Shown here piece after piece: positions 36,172-44,623 of a stretch of DNA of 64,000 bases. This stretch comes from Patescibacteria group bacterium. GTDB taxonomy: Bacteria; Patescibacteriota; CPR2; UBA1875; CAIMLA01. Where the stretch lies: positions 129,203 through 193,202 of the forward strand of contig JBGSPL010000004.1 in assembly GCA_041738615.1 (NCBI GenBank), given 5' to 3'. The first letter of the stretch is position 1. Every line of letters begins with the position of its first letter. A program made the translations under genes and the position numbers. The notes below the pieces were generated by a model, which saw only the letters and a list, made by a program, of their open reading frames with translations, was not told where the DNA came from and ran no database searches.

Positions 36172-36503
36172 TGGTAGAAAATACCCCACTTCACAAACAC
36201 GAACACCCACTCTATCAATGGATTGCGCTGTTCGCCTCTGTGGCAATTATTCTAGCTTTGGCTGGATGGTACGCGTTGACATATCAGTCTACAGTCGAAG
36301 ATGATGCTCTGGCTACCGTTGAGTCCGCTTATAGTGCGACTTTGCACAAGGGTACCAAGACCACAACTGCAACAACTACAACAGCCAGTACAACTGGAGC
36401 AGAAATTGATGCGCAGGTGTCGGCGATCAATAATGAGACCAACTCGGTTTCTAGTGATGATTTCTCGGATAATAAACTGGATAACACCGCCCTCGGTTTA
36501 TAG
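36171..36503 (+). CDS. Hypothetical membrane-anchored Thr-rich protein
   Basis: TAATG coupling to the upstream gene. One TM segment and a TTTATTTTASTTG low-complexity stretch. Confidence 0.4.
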   Translation: MVENTPLHKHEHPLYQWIALFASVAIILALAGWYALTYQSTVEDDALATVESAYSATLHKGTKTTTATTTTASTTGAEIDAQVSAINNETNSVSSDDFSDNKLDNTALGL

Positions 36504-36521
36504 TAGAGTGAGTAGAAACAA

Positions 36522-36546
36522 AAAGGCGGCGGCAAGCCGCTTTTTT
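36522..36546 (+). terminator. Intrinsic terminator
   Basis: GCGGC-GGCAA-GCCGC followed by TTTTTT. Confidence 0.7.
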
Positions 36547-36558
36547 GATATATGAGTG

Positions 36559-36587
36559 TTGACAAAAGCGGATAAAGGTGTATAATA
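36559..36587 (+). promoter_or_regulatory. Perfect consensus promoter TTGACA-17-TATAAT opening GC-rich island E
   Basis: The sequence ttgacaaaagcggataaaggtgtataat was read directly. Confidence 0.6.
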
Positions 36588-36676
36588 TTACGATAACTCA
36601 GGAAACATGTTTCCTTTGTGTCGTACCGCGGCCACGTGTCGCATACAATCCACGTACAATAGCCTGGGAGGCTTCC

Positions 36677-36811
36677 ATGGAATCAATCTTGGCTGATTAC
36701 TTTCGTGAGCGCTTGAGGGTTTCCTTGAGGGCACTCTACTTCATAGGCGTGTTCCTTCTCTTTTTGGGGGAAGCGCTCGTGGAGGACGCCTTGCGTCCTT
36801 TCAAGTTGTAG
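36677..36811 (+). CDS. Mini-ORF (44 aa, hydrophobic C-half) in island E
   Basis: A GGGAGG SD lies 6 nt upstream of the ATG. The product is MESILADYFRERLRVSLRALYFIGVFLLFLGEALVEDALRPFKL. Confidence 0.35.
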   Translation: MESILADYFRERLRVSLRALYFIGVFLLFLGEALVEDALRPFKL

Positions 36812-36918
36812 TCCATCGGGGACAATACGCAACTAGGACCCCGTTAGACGACCGCAGCCGGACGGTTTCCGGAAGGTTCCCCTCCCTCGTTGGAGGGGTC
36901 GAGCAAGGAGGTATCTCC

Positions 36919-37035
36919 ATGAAGGTCACTCGCAACGCAGTCGCCGTTCGCGGCACCCCGGTCGTCGGCAGCATCGGTCATACTTCAATTGATTCCGTCG
37001 CCAACGGCGCGCGCGCCGGCACGGGCCTGCTCTAG
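36919..37035 (+). CDS. Mini-ORF (38 aa) in island E
   Basis: An AAGGAGG SD lies 7 nt upstream of the ATG. It is preceded by the hairpin CCCCTCC-ctcgtt-GGAGGGG. Confidence 0.3.
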   Translation: MKVTRNAVAVRGTPVVGSIGHTSIDSVANGARAGTGLL

Positions 37036-37281
37036 GGCCCGGTCGTCTAGCCTCGGATCGTAGCTCCCGTAGGACGGGAGATCTGAGGCGCCAGCACTGT
37101 CCCCAGGTTTCAGACCAGGAACTCTCTTGGGGCGAAGCACTTGTACGTGGGAAAATGGGGTCGGTATGACTCACGTCTCGGTTGCCAACGACGGGCAACA
37201 GGCGTGGGTCGTACCGGCCCTTTCCCTTTTGTTGGCGGATGTATACTTGTTTCTTTCTCTCTGGCGCTCTAGAATAACTGT

Positions 37282-38331
37282 ATGGATACAAATACTTTAA
37301 TTATTTCAGGAATTTTGATCGCTGGTTTTGCAGCCCTATTCTATTATCTCAAAACACAAGTTGTGGAGCGGCCCCAGCCGAAAGAAGATGACAAATCCTT
37401 GCTACTTTTACAGCAGCAGCTAGCGCAGGTTTCAGAGCAGCTGAGCAAGGGGATGGTGGAGTCCAACCGGTCTGTCCAGGAGCAGTTTCGTGCTAGCAGC
37501 AATATCATCAAGGACGTTACGGAGAAGCTTAGTAACCTCGAGAACACTAACAAGCAGGTCCTTGGCATCGCCGATCAGCTTCAGGGCTTGGAGAACGTGC
37601 TCAAGAACCCAAAGCAGCGTGGAATCCTAGGCGAATATTATCTAGAAACCCTACTGAAAAATATGTTTGGTCCCAAGGACTACCAGATGCAATACTCCTT
37701 TAAAAACGGCGACATCGTTGACGCTGTAGTATTTATTAAAGATAAGATTTTGCCCATTGATTCCAAGTTCTCTCTGGAGAACTACAACAAGATTGTTGCC
37801 GAGAAAGATATGACGAAGAAGGAGCAGCTGGAAAAACTTTTCAAACAAGACCTCAAGAATCGTATCGATGAAACTGCCAAGTATATTAAACCGAAGGAAG
37901 GTACCATGGACTTTGCTTTTATGTTTATCCCTTCTGAGGGGATATATTATGACCTACTAGTAAACCAGGTGGGGGCACTAAAGGTAAATACGCGGGACCT
38001 TATCGATTACGCTTTCCGTGAGAAACGAGTAATCATTGTTTCCCCAACATCTTTTGCGGCTTACCTTCAGACCGTGATGCAAGGCCTCCGAGCTCTCAAG
38101 ATTGAAGAATCGATTCACGAGATAGTAGGCAATGTGAATAAGCTCTCCTCACATCTAAATGCGTATCAGACACATATGACAAAGCTGGGGAACTCACTAG
38201 GCACTACTGTGAATGCCTACAACACGGCAAGTAAAGAGTTTACCAAGATCGACAAGGATATTACCAAAATTTCTGGTAGTTCTATCGAGTCTGAACTCAT
38301 TCAGTTGGACAAGCCGAGCACGGGCGAATAG
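37282..38331 (+). CDS. rmuC: DNA recombination protein RmuC
   Basis: N-terminal TM segment and coiled coil, then GILGEYYLETLLKNMF...DAVVFI...ILPIDSKF...FAFMFIPSEGIY, a typical RmuC core. Confidence 0.8.
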   Translation: MDTNTLIISGILIAGFAALFYYLKTQVVERPQPKEDDKSLLLLQQQLAQVSEQLSKGMVESNRSVQEQFRASSNIIKDVTEKLSNLENTNKQVLGIADQLQGLENVLKNPKQRGILGEYYLETLLKNMFGPKDYQMQYSFKNGDIVDAVVFIKDKILPIDSKFSLENYNKIVAEKDMTKKEQLEKLFKQDLKNRIDETAKYIKPKEGTMDFAFMFIPSEGIYYDLLVNQVGALKVNTRDLIDYAFREKRVIIVSPTSFAAYLQTVMQGLRALKIEESIHEIVGNVNKLSSHLNAYQTHMTKLGNSLGTTVNAYNTASKEFTKIDKDITKISGSSIESELIQLDKPSTGE

Positions 38332-38354
38332 TTTTATTTCCTCCTTTGCCGTAG

Positions 38355-38753
38355 ATGTTCTATAATATAGACATGAACAAAGGAACTTTTTCTTACAAGG
38401 CTATTTTGGCCGCGGTACTCTCCGGGGGGATTTTTGTTTACGCGCTGTACAGACTAGATCCAAGGACCAGCGGGATGAACGTTACGTTATTCTTGGTATC
38501 ACTCTTTATCGTGGCAATGAGCGTATTTGCTTTACTAAACTACTTAGTTATTCGTATGAGAAGTAACAACGAAAGTCATTTCTTGGCATCCAGGGGTTCA
38601 CTCCGGAGAGGTTTTCTGGTTGGAATTTACGTGGTCGGAGTGCTTGGTCTCTCGGCACTCGAGCTGCTGACCTGGTGGGATGCCTTGCTTTTGGCTTTGA
38701 GTCTAGTGCTATTTGAGCTATACTTTATTTCAGGTAAGGAGAAAACTTCTTGA
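38355..38753 (+). CDS. Hypothetical membrane protein (4 TM)
   Basis: 132 aa, hydrophobic. Confidence 0.4.
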   Translation: MFYNIDMNKGTFSYKAILAAVLSGGIFVYALYRLDPRTSGMNVTLFLVSLFIVAMSVFALLNYLVIRMRSNNESHFLASRGSLRRGFLVGIYVVGVLGLSALELLTWWDALLLALSLVLFELYFISGKEKTS

Positions 38754-39115
38754 GCCACGTTTTTTATATTATTTTGGGACTCACACTTATAATTGCGATT
38801 AATTATGGCGCAACCGTAGCAGTTGTTTTTTTCTATTTCTATCTCGCCAAGATCAAGGAAACTGTAACTCATCGACTCAAGCTGGCGCTCTGGCTTTCAC
38901 TCTCCAACGTAGTAGCTCAGTTTCTGGGGCTTGTCGTGTTTTCTTCACTTGGTGGCGTGGCGTTTTCGGTAATTACATTCTTGCTCTCACTTGCTGGCTA
39001 CCTCGGGGTCATGAAGTTTGGTTATAAATATCACATCTTCGAAAACTTGATTATAGCCGGGGTACTTTCTATAATCCTAAACCCTGCTTGGTTGCAACTC
39101 TTTGGGCTGATGTAA
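38750..39115 (+). CDS. Hypothetical membrane protein (4 TM)
   Basis: 121 aa. It overlaps its neighbours by 4 nt and 1 nt. Confidence 0.4.
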   Translation: MSHVFYIILGLTLIIAINYGATVAVVFFYFYLAKIKETVTHRLKLALWLSLSNVVAQFLGLVVFSSLGGVAFSVITFLLSLAGYLGVMKFGYKYHIFENLIIAGVLSIILNPAWLQLFGLM

Positions 39116-40104
39116 TGAACAAAGATATTGCACAAATAAAAGTAAATTTCGTGAGTGATCTAGCATCACTCGAGGTTTCAGAAGTTCGTACCAAGTACCT
39201 TGGTAGAAAGAGTGAGCTTTCAGCGTTGCTGAAGGGGATCAAGGACATCGAGGCTTCTCTGCGCAATCAATTCGGTGCAGATGCCAACGCTCTGCGCGTA
39301 TATATAGAGTCCGAAATCGCCCAGAAAGAATCGGCATCGGATACGGCTCAGGAGAAGCCATTTGATGTCACCGCACCGGGGACTCTTTATCCTGTAGGAC
39401 ACATTCATCCCGTGCATCAGACACTAGAGAAACTTACTGATATATTTACCTCCATGGGTTACGAAGTTGCTTCCGGTCCAGAGGTAGACGATGATTGGCA
39501 CAATTTTGAGGCACTCAACATGGGTCCAGAGCACCCAGCTAGGGACATGCAGGATACTTTTTACTTGCTCGACGGTTTTCTCCCGAGAACCCATACTTCT
39601 ACCGTGCAGATTCGCTATATGGAGGAACACAAACCACCGATCAAGATTATTGCCCCTGGTAAGGTACACCGTAACGAAAATGAGGACGCCACTCACAGCT
39701 GGATATTTCACCAATTTGAAGGCCTGGTAATCGATGAGGGCATTACGTTTGCCGACCTCAAGGGAACCCTCGAGCACGTAGCACGAGAAATATTTGGCCC
39801 TGATACCAAGACTCGTTTCAGACCGAATTTCTTCCCCTATACTGAGCCCAGTGCCGAGATGGATGCAAGCTGTCCTCAGTGCGGCGGTAAGGGGTGTCGT
39901 TCCTGTGGGGGCACAGGATGGTTGGAGCTTCTTGGCTCCGGTATGGTACACCCCCAGGTTTTGCGCAATATGGGGATCGATCCGGAGAAATATAGCGGCT
40001 TTGCTTTTGGCCTAGGCGTCGATCGTATCGCCATGATTAAGCATCAAATTCCGGATGCTCGCCTACTTTGGCACCCTGACGTAAGATTTTTGGAGCAATT
40101 CTAA
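39115..40104 (+). CDS. pheS: Phenylalanine--tRNA ligase alpha subunit
   Basis: Class II motifs FRPNFFPYTEPSAEMD and GSGMVHP. TAATG coupling to the upstream gene. The ORF opens at 39088, but the conserved N-terminus begins MNKDIAQIK. Confidence 0.85.
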   Translation: MNKDIAQIKVNFVSDLASLEVSEVRTKYLGRKSELSALLKGIKDIEASLRNQFGADANALRVYIESEIAQKESASDTAQEKPFDVTAPGTLYPVGHIHPVHQTLEKLTDIFTSMGYEVASGPEVDDDWHNFEALNMGPEHPARDMQDTFYLLDGFLPRTHTSTVQIRYMEEHKPPIKIIAPGKVHRNENEDATHSWIFHQFEGLVIDEGITFADLKGTLEHVAREIFGPDTKTRFRPNFFPYTEPSAEMDASCPQCGGKGCRSCGGTGWLELLGSGMVHPQVLRNMGIDPEKYSGFAFGLGVDRIAMIKHQIPDARLLWHPDVRFLEQF

Positions 40105-40382
40105 TGAACGAGCAGACATATTTACTGATAGGAACAGTAGGTTCGATTATTTCGGTAGCTGGAAATGTTCCCATGCTGTTGCATCTTATAAAAACCAAAG
40201 ATTCCACAGGACAGAGTGTGGTCGCTTGGACTATTTGGGAGCTAGCAAATCTGATGCTCCTTCTATACGCGGTTCACATCAATGACGTGGTTTTTACGGT
40301 ACTGCAAATCGCATGGGTTATCTTTTGCGGAATCATCATTGCGCTCGTGTTTAAGTATAAGCAGAAAGACAAAGATAAGTGA
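40104..40382 (+). CDS. Small 3-TM membrane protein, possibly SemiSWEET/PQ-loop-like, inserted between pheS and pheT
   Basis: 92 aa. The stretch VPMLLHLIKTKDSTGQSVVAWTIWELAN resembles the PQ-loop motif (PQ...K.KS..G.S) with PQ changed to PM. Confidence 0.35.
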   Translation: MNEQTYLLIGTVGSIISVAGNVPMLLHLIKTKDSTGQSVVAWTIWELANLMLLLYAVHINDVVFTVLQIAWVIFCGIIIALVFKYKQKDKDK

Positions 40383-42757
40383 AGCTCTCGTACAAGTGGC
40401 TAAAAGAATACGTAAATACCAAATTCCCAGCAGAAGTGATTGCCGAGAAGCTTACCATGTCTGGGCTCGAGGTAGATGAGATTGTTTCCGGTCACAATTT
40501 TAGCGGTGTCGTTGTCGGCAAGGTAGTCTCACTAGAGAAACATCCCAATGCCGACAAACTTCGAGTAGCACAGGTTGATGTCGGTAGCGAGATACTCCAG
40601 ATTGTTTGTGGCGCGGCGAATCTCGAAAAGGAACAAACCGTTGCTGTTGCTATTGTCGGCGCCAAGCTCGGGGACTTCGAGATTGGTAAGGCCAGCCTTC
40701 GTGGCGTAGATTCATTTGGAATGATTTGTAGTGAGCAGGAGCTAGGCCTCGGCGCAGACCATAGCGGAATTATGATTCTCGATAAAGCCACCAAGATTGG
40801 TGAGGTATTTGTTTCCGAAAAAGGTGCGGACCAAGTATTGGACGTGAAAGTACTGGCCAACAGACCAGATTGCATGAGTGTGGTCGGTTTGGCACGAGAA
40901 GTTGCCGCTCTTACCGGAGAGAGACTAGTATTACCAAGGGTATCACTTGTAGAAAGTAAGCCTTCTACGAAGGTAAACATTACCTTAGAGGATGCTGCTC
41001 TTTGCCCTCGCTATATGGCGAGAGTCGTTACAGAAGTGAAGCGAACAGAAACTCCTCAGTGGATGAAGGAACGGCTTTTGGCGTCAGGGGTTCGCTCCAT
41101 CGACCTTTTTGTCGATATTTCCAACTATGTCATGCTCGAATATGGTCAGCCGCTGCACTTCTTCGATTTAGATAAAGTCAGTAGCAAGGGGACAGTAAAG
41201 ATTGGTGTGCGACTTGCAAAAAGCGGTGAACAGCTGACGACACTCGATGGTAATAAGCGTAAATTGACTACCGAGATGCTCGTGATTACCGACGGTAAGG
41301 ACCCGATTGCTTTGGCAGGAGTGATGGGAGGAGCTACTACCGAGATTGATAAAAATACCCAGAACATCTTTATTGAGGCTGCAGTTTTCGACAAAGCCAG
41401 CATACGACGCACTTCGAGAGCTCTGGGTCTCCGATCGGAGGCGGTGGCCAGATACGAGAAGGGTATTGGCATTGCATCCCCCGAGGCTGCAATTGCTAGG
41501 GCAGCACAGCTGCTTGCTGATATTGCGGGTGGGCTTGTAGAGGGCAAGGCCACAGATACGTTAAAGACTACGGTAAAGAACCGGAAGATATCGCTAAATC
41601 CATCTAAGCTGAATGCCTTCCTGGGCTCGAGTTATACCGATAGGCAGATTCAATCGGTACTTACGAAACTCGGGTTCACTGTAACGGTACGTACGAAGTA
41701 TTTGTACGAAATCGTAGTGCCAACCTGGAGAGTGGATATCGACGAGCCAGTAGACCTTTACGAAGAGGTGAGCCGTGTAATAGGCTTTGATAGTATCCCG
41801 AGCACTCTGCCATACAGCGTACGTAGCGTTTCTAAGAAGAATGAAGGATATGAATTTGCCAAGAAGGTTCGCCATGGCCTTGCTGGCATCGGAATTACAG
41901 AGATTATGACCTATTCATTCGCCGGAGAGACCGAGCTTCGGGCTGTGAGCGCAGATACCAAGGACGCCTTTGAGCTTGCGAACCCGCTGGTCAAAGAGCA
42001 GAAGTACATGAGGACAAGCTTGGTACCCAAGATGCTAGAGGCACTAGCTGCGAATCAATACCACAGGGAAAGCATTAGATTCTTCGAGATCGGTAAGTCC
42101 TTTCATCGTAAAGGTAGGGGTCTACCCCAGGAGAGAAACTGGCTTTCTGTCGGCGTAGTGGGTGGGAAGAGCTGGCCAATCACCTATGTTGAGGGAGCTG
42201 AATATTACGATACTAAGGGGATTGTAGAAAACTTCTTCTACACGCTTGGTATCTCGGATTTACTATTCCAAACAGCAGAGAATACGGTTTTTCAGACCGG
42301 TAGGGCCGCCGATGTCTTTGTCGGAAAAGCTAAGGTTGGCGAAATCGGAATTACCCGCTCTGAACTCGCCGCAACATTTGGCCTAAAGAGAGAGTCGGCC
42401 GTCGCAGAACTAGACCTGGATAGCATCATGAAGCTAGTAGCTAGTGACGTAAAAGTCAAAGAAATTAGTCGATACCAGCACTCACTGCGTGATATCTCAT
42501 TTGTTGTTTCTGACAAGGTTCAGGTGTCGCAGGTCATGGCCAGTCTTTCGGCAGTAGACAAACTCGCGCAAAACGTAGAAATTATAGATATCTATCAAGG
42601 CAAAACATTGCCTGCAGATGAGAAAAGCATTACAATTCGACTTACGATTGTGAGTGACGAAAAAACACTCACCGAGGCAGAGGTAGATGAAGTAGTACAG
42701 AAGGCAGTCCAGAAACTCAGTGGACTTGGAGGGAAAGTGCGTGGTAGCAAAGCGTAA
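40379..42757 (+). CDS. pheT: Phenylalanine--tRNA ligase beta subunit
   Basis: GTG start, MKLSYKWLKEYV. N-terminal tRNA-binding (Myf) domain VVGKVVSLEKHPNADKLRVAQVDVG. 792 aa. Confidence 0.85.
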   Translation: MKLSYKWLKEYVNTKFPAEVIAEKLTMSGLEVDEIVSGHNFSGVVVGKVVSLEKHPNADKLRVAQVDVGSEILQIVCGAANLEKEQTVAVAIVGAKLGDFEIGKASLRGVDSFGMICSEQELGLGADHSGIMILDKATKIGEVFVSEKGADQVLDVKVLANRPDCMSVVGLAREVAALTGERLVLPRVSLVESKPSTKVNITLEDAALCPRYMARVVTEVKRTETPQWMKERLLASGVRSIDLFVDISNYVMLEYGQPLHFFDLDKVSSKGTVKIGVRLAKSGEQLTTLDGNKRKLTTEMLVITDGKDPIALAGVMGGATTEIDKNTQNIFIEAAVFDKASIRRTSRALGLRSEAVARYEKGIGIASPEAAIARAAQLLADIAGGLVEGKATDTLKTTVKNRKISLNPSKLNAFLGSSYTDRQIQSVLTKLGFTVTVRTKYLYEIVVPTWRVDIDEPVDLYEEVSRVIGFDSIPSTLPYSVRSVSKKNEGYEFAKKVRHGLAGIGITEIMTYSFAGETELRAVSADTKDAFELANPLVKEQKYMRTSLVPKMLEALAANQYHRESIRFFEIGKSFHRKGRGLPQERNWLSVGVVGGKSWPITYVEGAEYYDTKGIVENFFYTLGISDLLFQTAENTVFQTGRAADVFVGKAKVGEIGITRSELAATFGLKRESAVAELDLDSIMKLVASDVKVKEISRYQHSLRDISFVVSDKVQVSQVMASLSAVDKLAQNVEIIDIYQGKTLPADEKSITIRLTIVSDEKTLTEAEVDEVVQKAVQKLSGLGGKVRGSKA

Positions 42758-44531
42758 AAATGTCGATAGCATCGACTCTAAGCCGAAGAAGGGCGAGAAG
42801 CGATACCTAGAGGAGCTCGCCGCAAAAAGCGAGGAGCCTTTAGAGGATCTACTTCGGCCAAACTTGCCAGCAGATGATGGCAAGAACTTCGTGTTACCTT
42901 CGAAAAAATGGTACATCTGGTCGCGTGCTACAAAGACAGCCGCACCAACCGGAGAAGATTCATCCCCTAAGAAAAAGGGTGCAAAGAATGTTAAGACTAG
43001 GGTAACAGAATCTGATTCGGTACCAGAAATGATTGCAGTAGAGCGCAAGTTCTTTCGAAATCATCGTAGGATAGCGCTTGCCGTCACCTTGGTGACCGCA
43101 GTATCTATTGTACTCGCGGGTCTGATTGGCGGAGCGGCATATGCGCACCAAGCAATTTATCAGAACAAGGTTTTCCCGGGTGTTGTAGTCTGGGGCGAGG
43201 ATGTCGGTGGGAAAAGTGTTACAGACGTACAGAAACTGATAACCGCGAAGGTAAAAGATTACAACATCGTTATCAAGGGACCAGACCAAGACTACAAAGC
43301 AAACGTGCAGGACCTGGGTATCATCTTCAATACGGATAGTATGGCCCTATCGGCTTATTCTAGAGGCAGGTCTGACGTTTGGTACGACGATTACCTGACC
43401 CGTGGACGCTTGCTATCTACTGAGATTAAGTGGGCTCCTTGGCAGCAGTTTATCCGTTCCAACGATCTGGCGATTTCGCCTAGTTACACCGTTAACAAGG
43501 AGAAACTAGACGCTTACCTTACAAAAATCGCGGAGAATATCAAAATTCAGGCCCAAGACTCGCAGGTTACCGTAGAGGGAGGCACCACACAGCTAAAGCC
43601 GGCTATCTTTGGACGCGAAGTAATTCTGGACGAGCTTAAGAGCAGTGTCCTCGGTAGTATAAATGGACTTCGCGCCGAAAAGATCGATGTAAAGACCACG
43701 GTTGTGAAGCCAGCGATTGTCGATAACGCTGCCCAGGAAGTGATGCTTCAGGCTCAGAATGTGATGGCGCGGCCAGTAACACTGACTTATCAGGGGGTCG
43801 AGTATCGACCAAATCAGGACACGGTAGGCTCTTGGATAACATTCACGAAAAACGAAGGCGACGCAAAGTATACCCTAGCGATAGACCAGTCAAAGATGAA
43901 CAGCTACTTTTCCTTCCTAGGGAGTAAGATCAACATCTATTCTACGGAGAGGATAGTGCGGGTAGAAAATGGGGTAAAACAGACCGAAACACAGGCTGGG
44001 GTGAATGGGACACTCGTGAATAATGATGTTTTGGGTACACAGATCGCCTCTACGCTGCCGGTGCAGCCTAGCGTGAGGCTGGAGATACCTACCTATGTTG
44101 ATAATTTCAAAACTCGGTACGAGAATGTAGTGATAGCTGACTGGGACAAGTATATAGACATCAATCTTTCTTCCCAGACGATGACTGCCTGTGAAAAGGG
44201 TGGTGTAAATTGCCATCAGTGGAGTGTGACGACAGGAGACGACAATCACTCGACCCCGGTCGGAACCCATCTTGTCCTTGGACGTAACGCAAGTTTCTAC
44301 ATGACAGGTGGCACGCCAGGTGTCGATTACTACAAGGTATGGGTGGATCACGCAGTTTGGTTCACGAGCGCGGGACATGCAATACATGATGCGCACTGGC
44401 GCAACGGCTCTTTTGGTGGTCAGGATTATCATTGGAATGGTTCTCATGGCTGTGTAAATAGCCCCGATGATGCCGCAATCTACATCTACAATTGGGCAGC
44501 GGTCGGAACTCCAGTAATAGTCCATTATTAG
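42720..44531 (+). CDS. Membrane-anchored L,D-transpeptidase (YkuD catalytic domain, SHGCVN) with a VanW-like / peptidoglycan-binding middle region
   Basis: C-terminus HLVLGRNASFYMTGG...WNGSHGCVNSP. TM segment IALAVTLVTAVSIVLAGLIGGAAYA. The start is uncertain: the ORF opens with GTG inside the pheT 3' end. Confidence 0.65.
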   Translation: MDLEGKCVVAKRKNVDSIDSKPKKGEKRYLEELAAKSEEPLEDLLRPNLPADDGKNFVLPSKKWYIWSRATKTAAPTGEDSSPKKKGAKNVKTRVTESDSVPEMIAVERKFFRNHRRIALAVTLVTAVSIVLAGLIGGAAYAHQAIYQNKVFPGVVVWGEDVGGKSVTDVQKLITAKVKDYNIVIKGPDQDYKANVQDLGIIFNTDSMALSAYSRGRSDVWYDDYLTRGRLLSTEIKWAPWQQFIRSNDLAISPSYTVNKEKLDAYLTKIAENIKIQAQDSQVTVEGGTTQLKPAIFGREVILDELKSSVLGSINGLRAEKIDVKTTVVKPAIVDNAAQEVMLQAQNVMARPVTLTYQGVEYRPNQDTVGSWITFTKNEGDAKYTLAIDQSKMNSYFSFLGSKINIYSTERIVRVENGVKQTETQAGVNGTLVNNDVLGTQIASTLPVQPSVRLEIPTYVDNFKTRYENVVIADWDKYIDINLSSQTMTACEKGGVNCHQWSVTTGDDNHSTPVGTHLVLGRNASFYMTGGTPGVDYYKVWVDHAVWFTSAGHAIHDAHWRNGSFGGQDYHWNGSHGCVNSPDDAAIYIYNWAAVGTPVIVHY

Positions 44532-44546
44532 TCGCTAATATTTACT

Positions 44547-44574
44547 AAAACAAGCACATTATGTGCTTGTTTTA
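44547..44574 (+). terminator. Intrinsic terminator, copy 1 of a thrice-repeated hairpin motif (AAGCAC-N4-GTGCTT followed by GTTTT)
   Basis: ACAAGCAC-attat-GTGCTTGT followed by TTTAG. Confidence 0.65.
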
Positions 44575-44623
44575 GATACAGAAAAAGCCCATAATATATA
44601 CATAAACCTAAGAGGGAGGGACC

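Noticed and set aside
37036-37095. tRNA-like appearance of GGCCCGGTCGTCTAGCCTCGGATCGTAGCTCCCGTAGGACGGGAGATCTGAGGCGCC
   Set aside because: I could not fold it into a cloverleaf. The D-arm and anticodon arm do not pair, and the hairpin has a 5-nt loop. No tRNA was called anywhere in the window by eye.
39880-39930. Cys4 insertion (CPQCGGKGCRSCGG) in PheS as a possible novel Zn-finger
   Set aside because: The same CxxC...CxxC knuckle is a normal feature of many bacterial PheS proteins, for example Bacillus, so it is not unusual.
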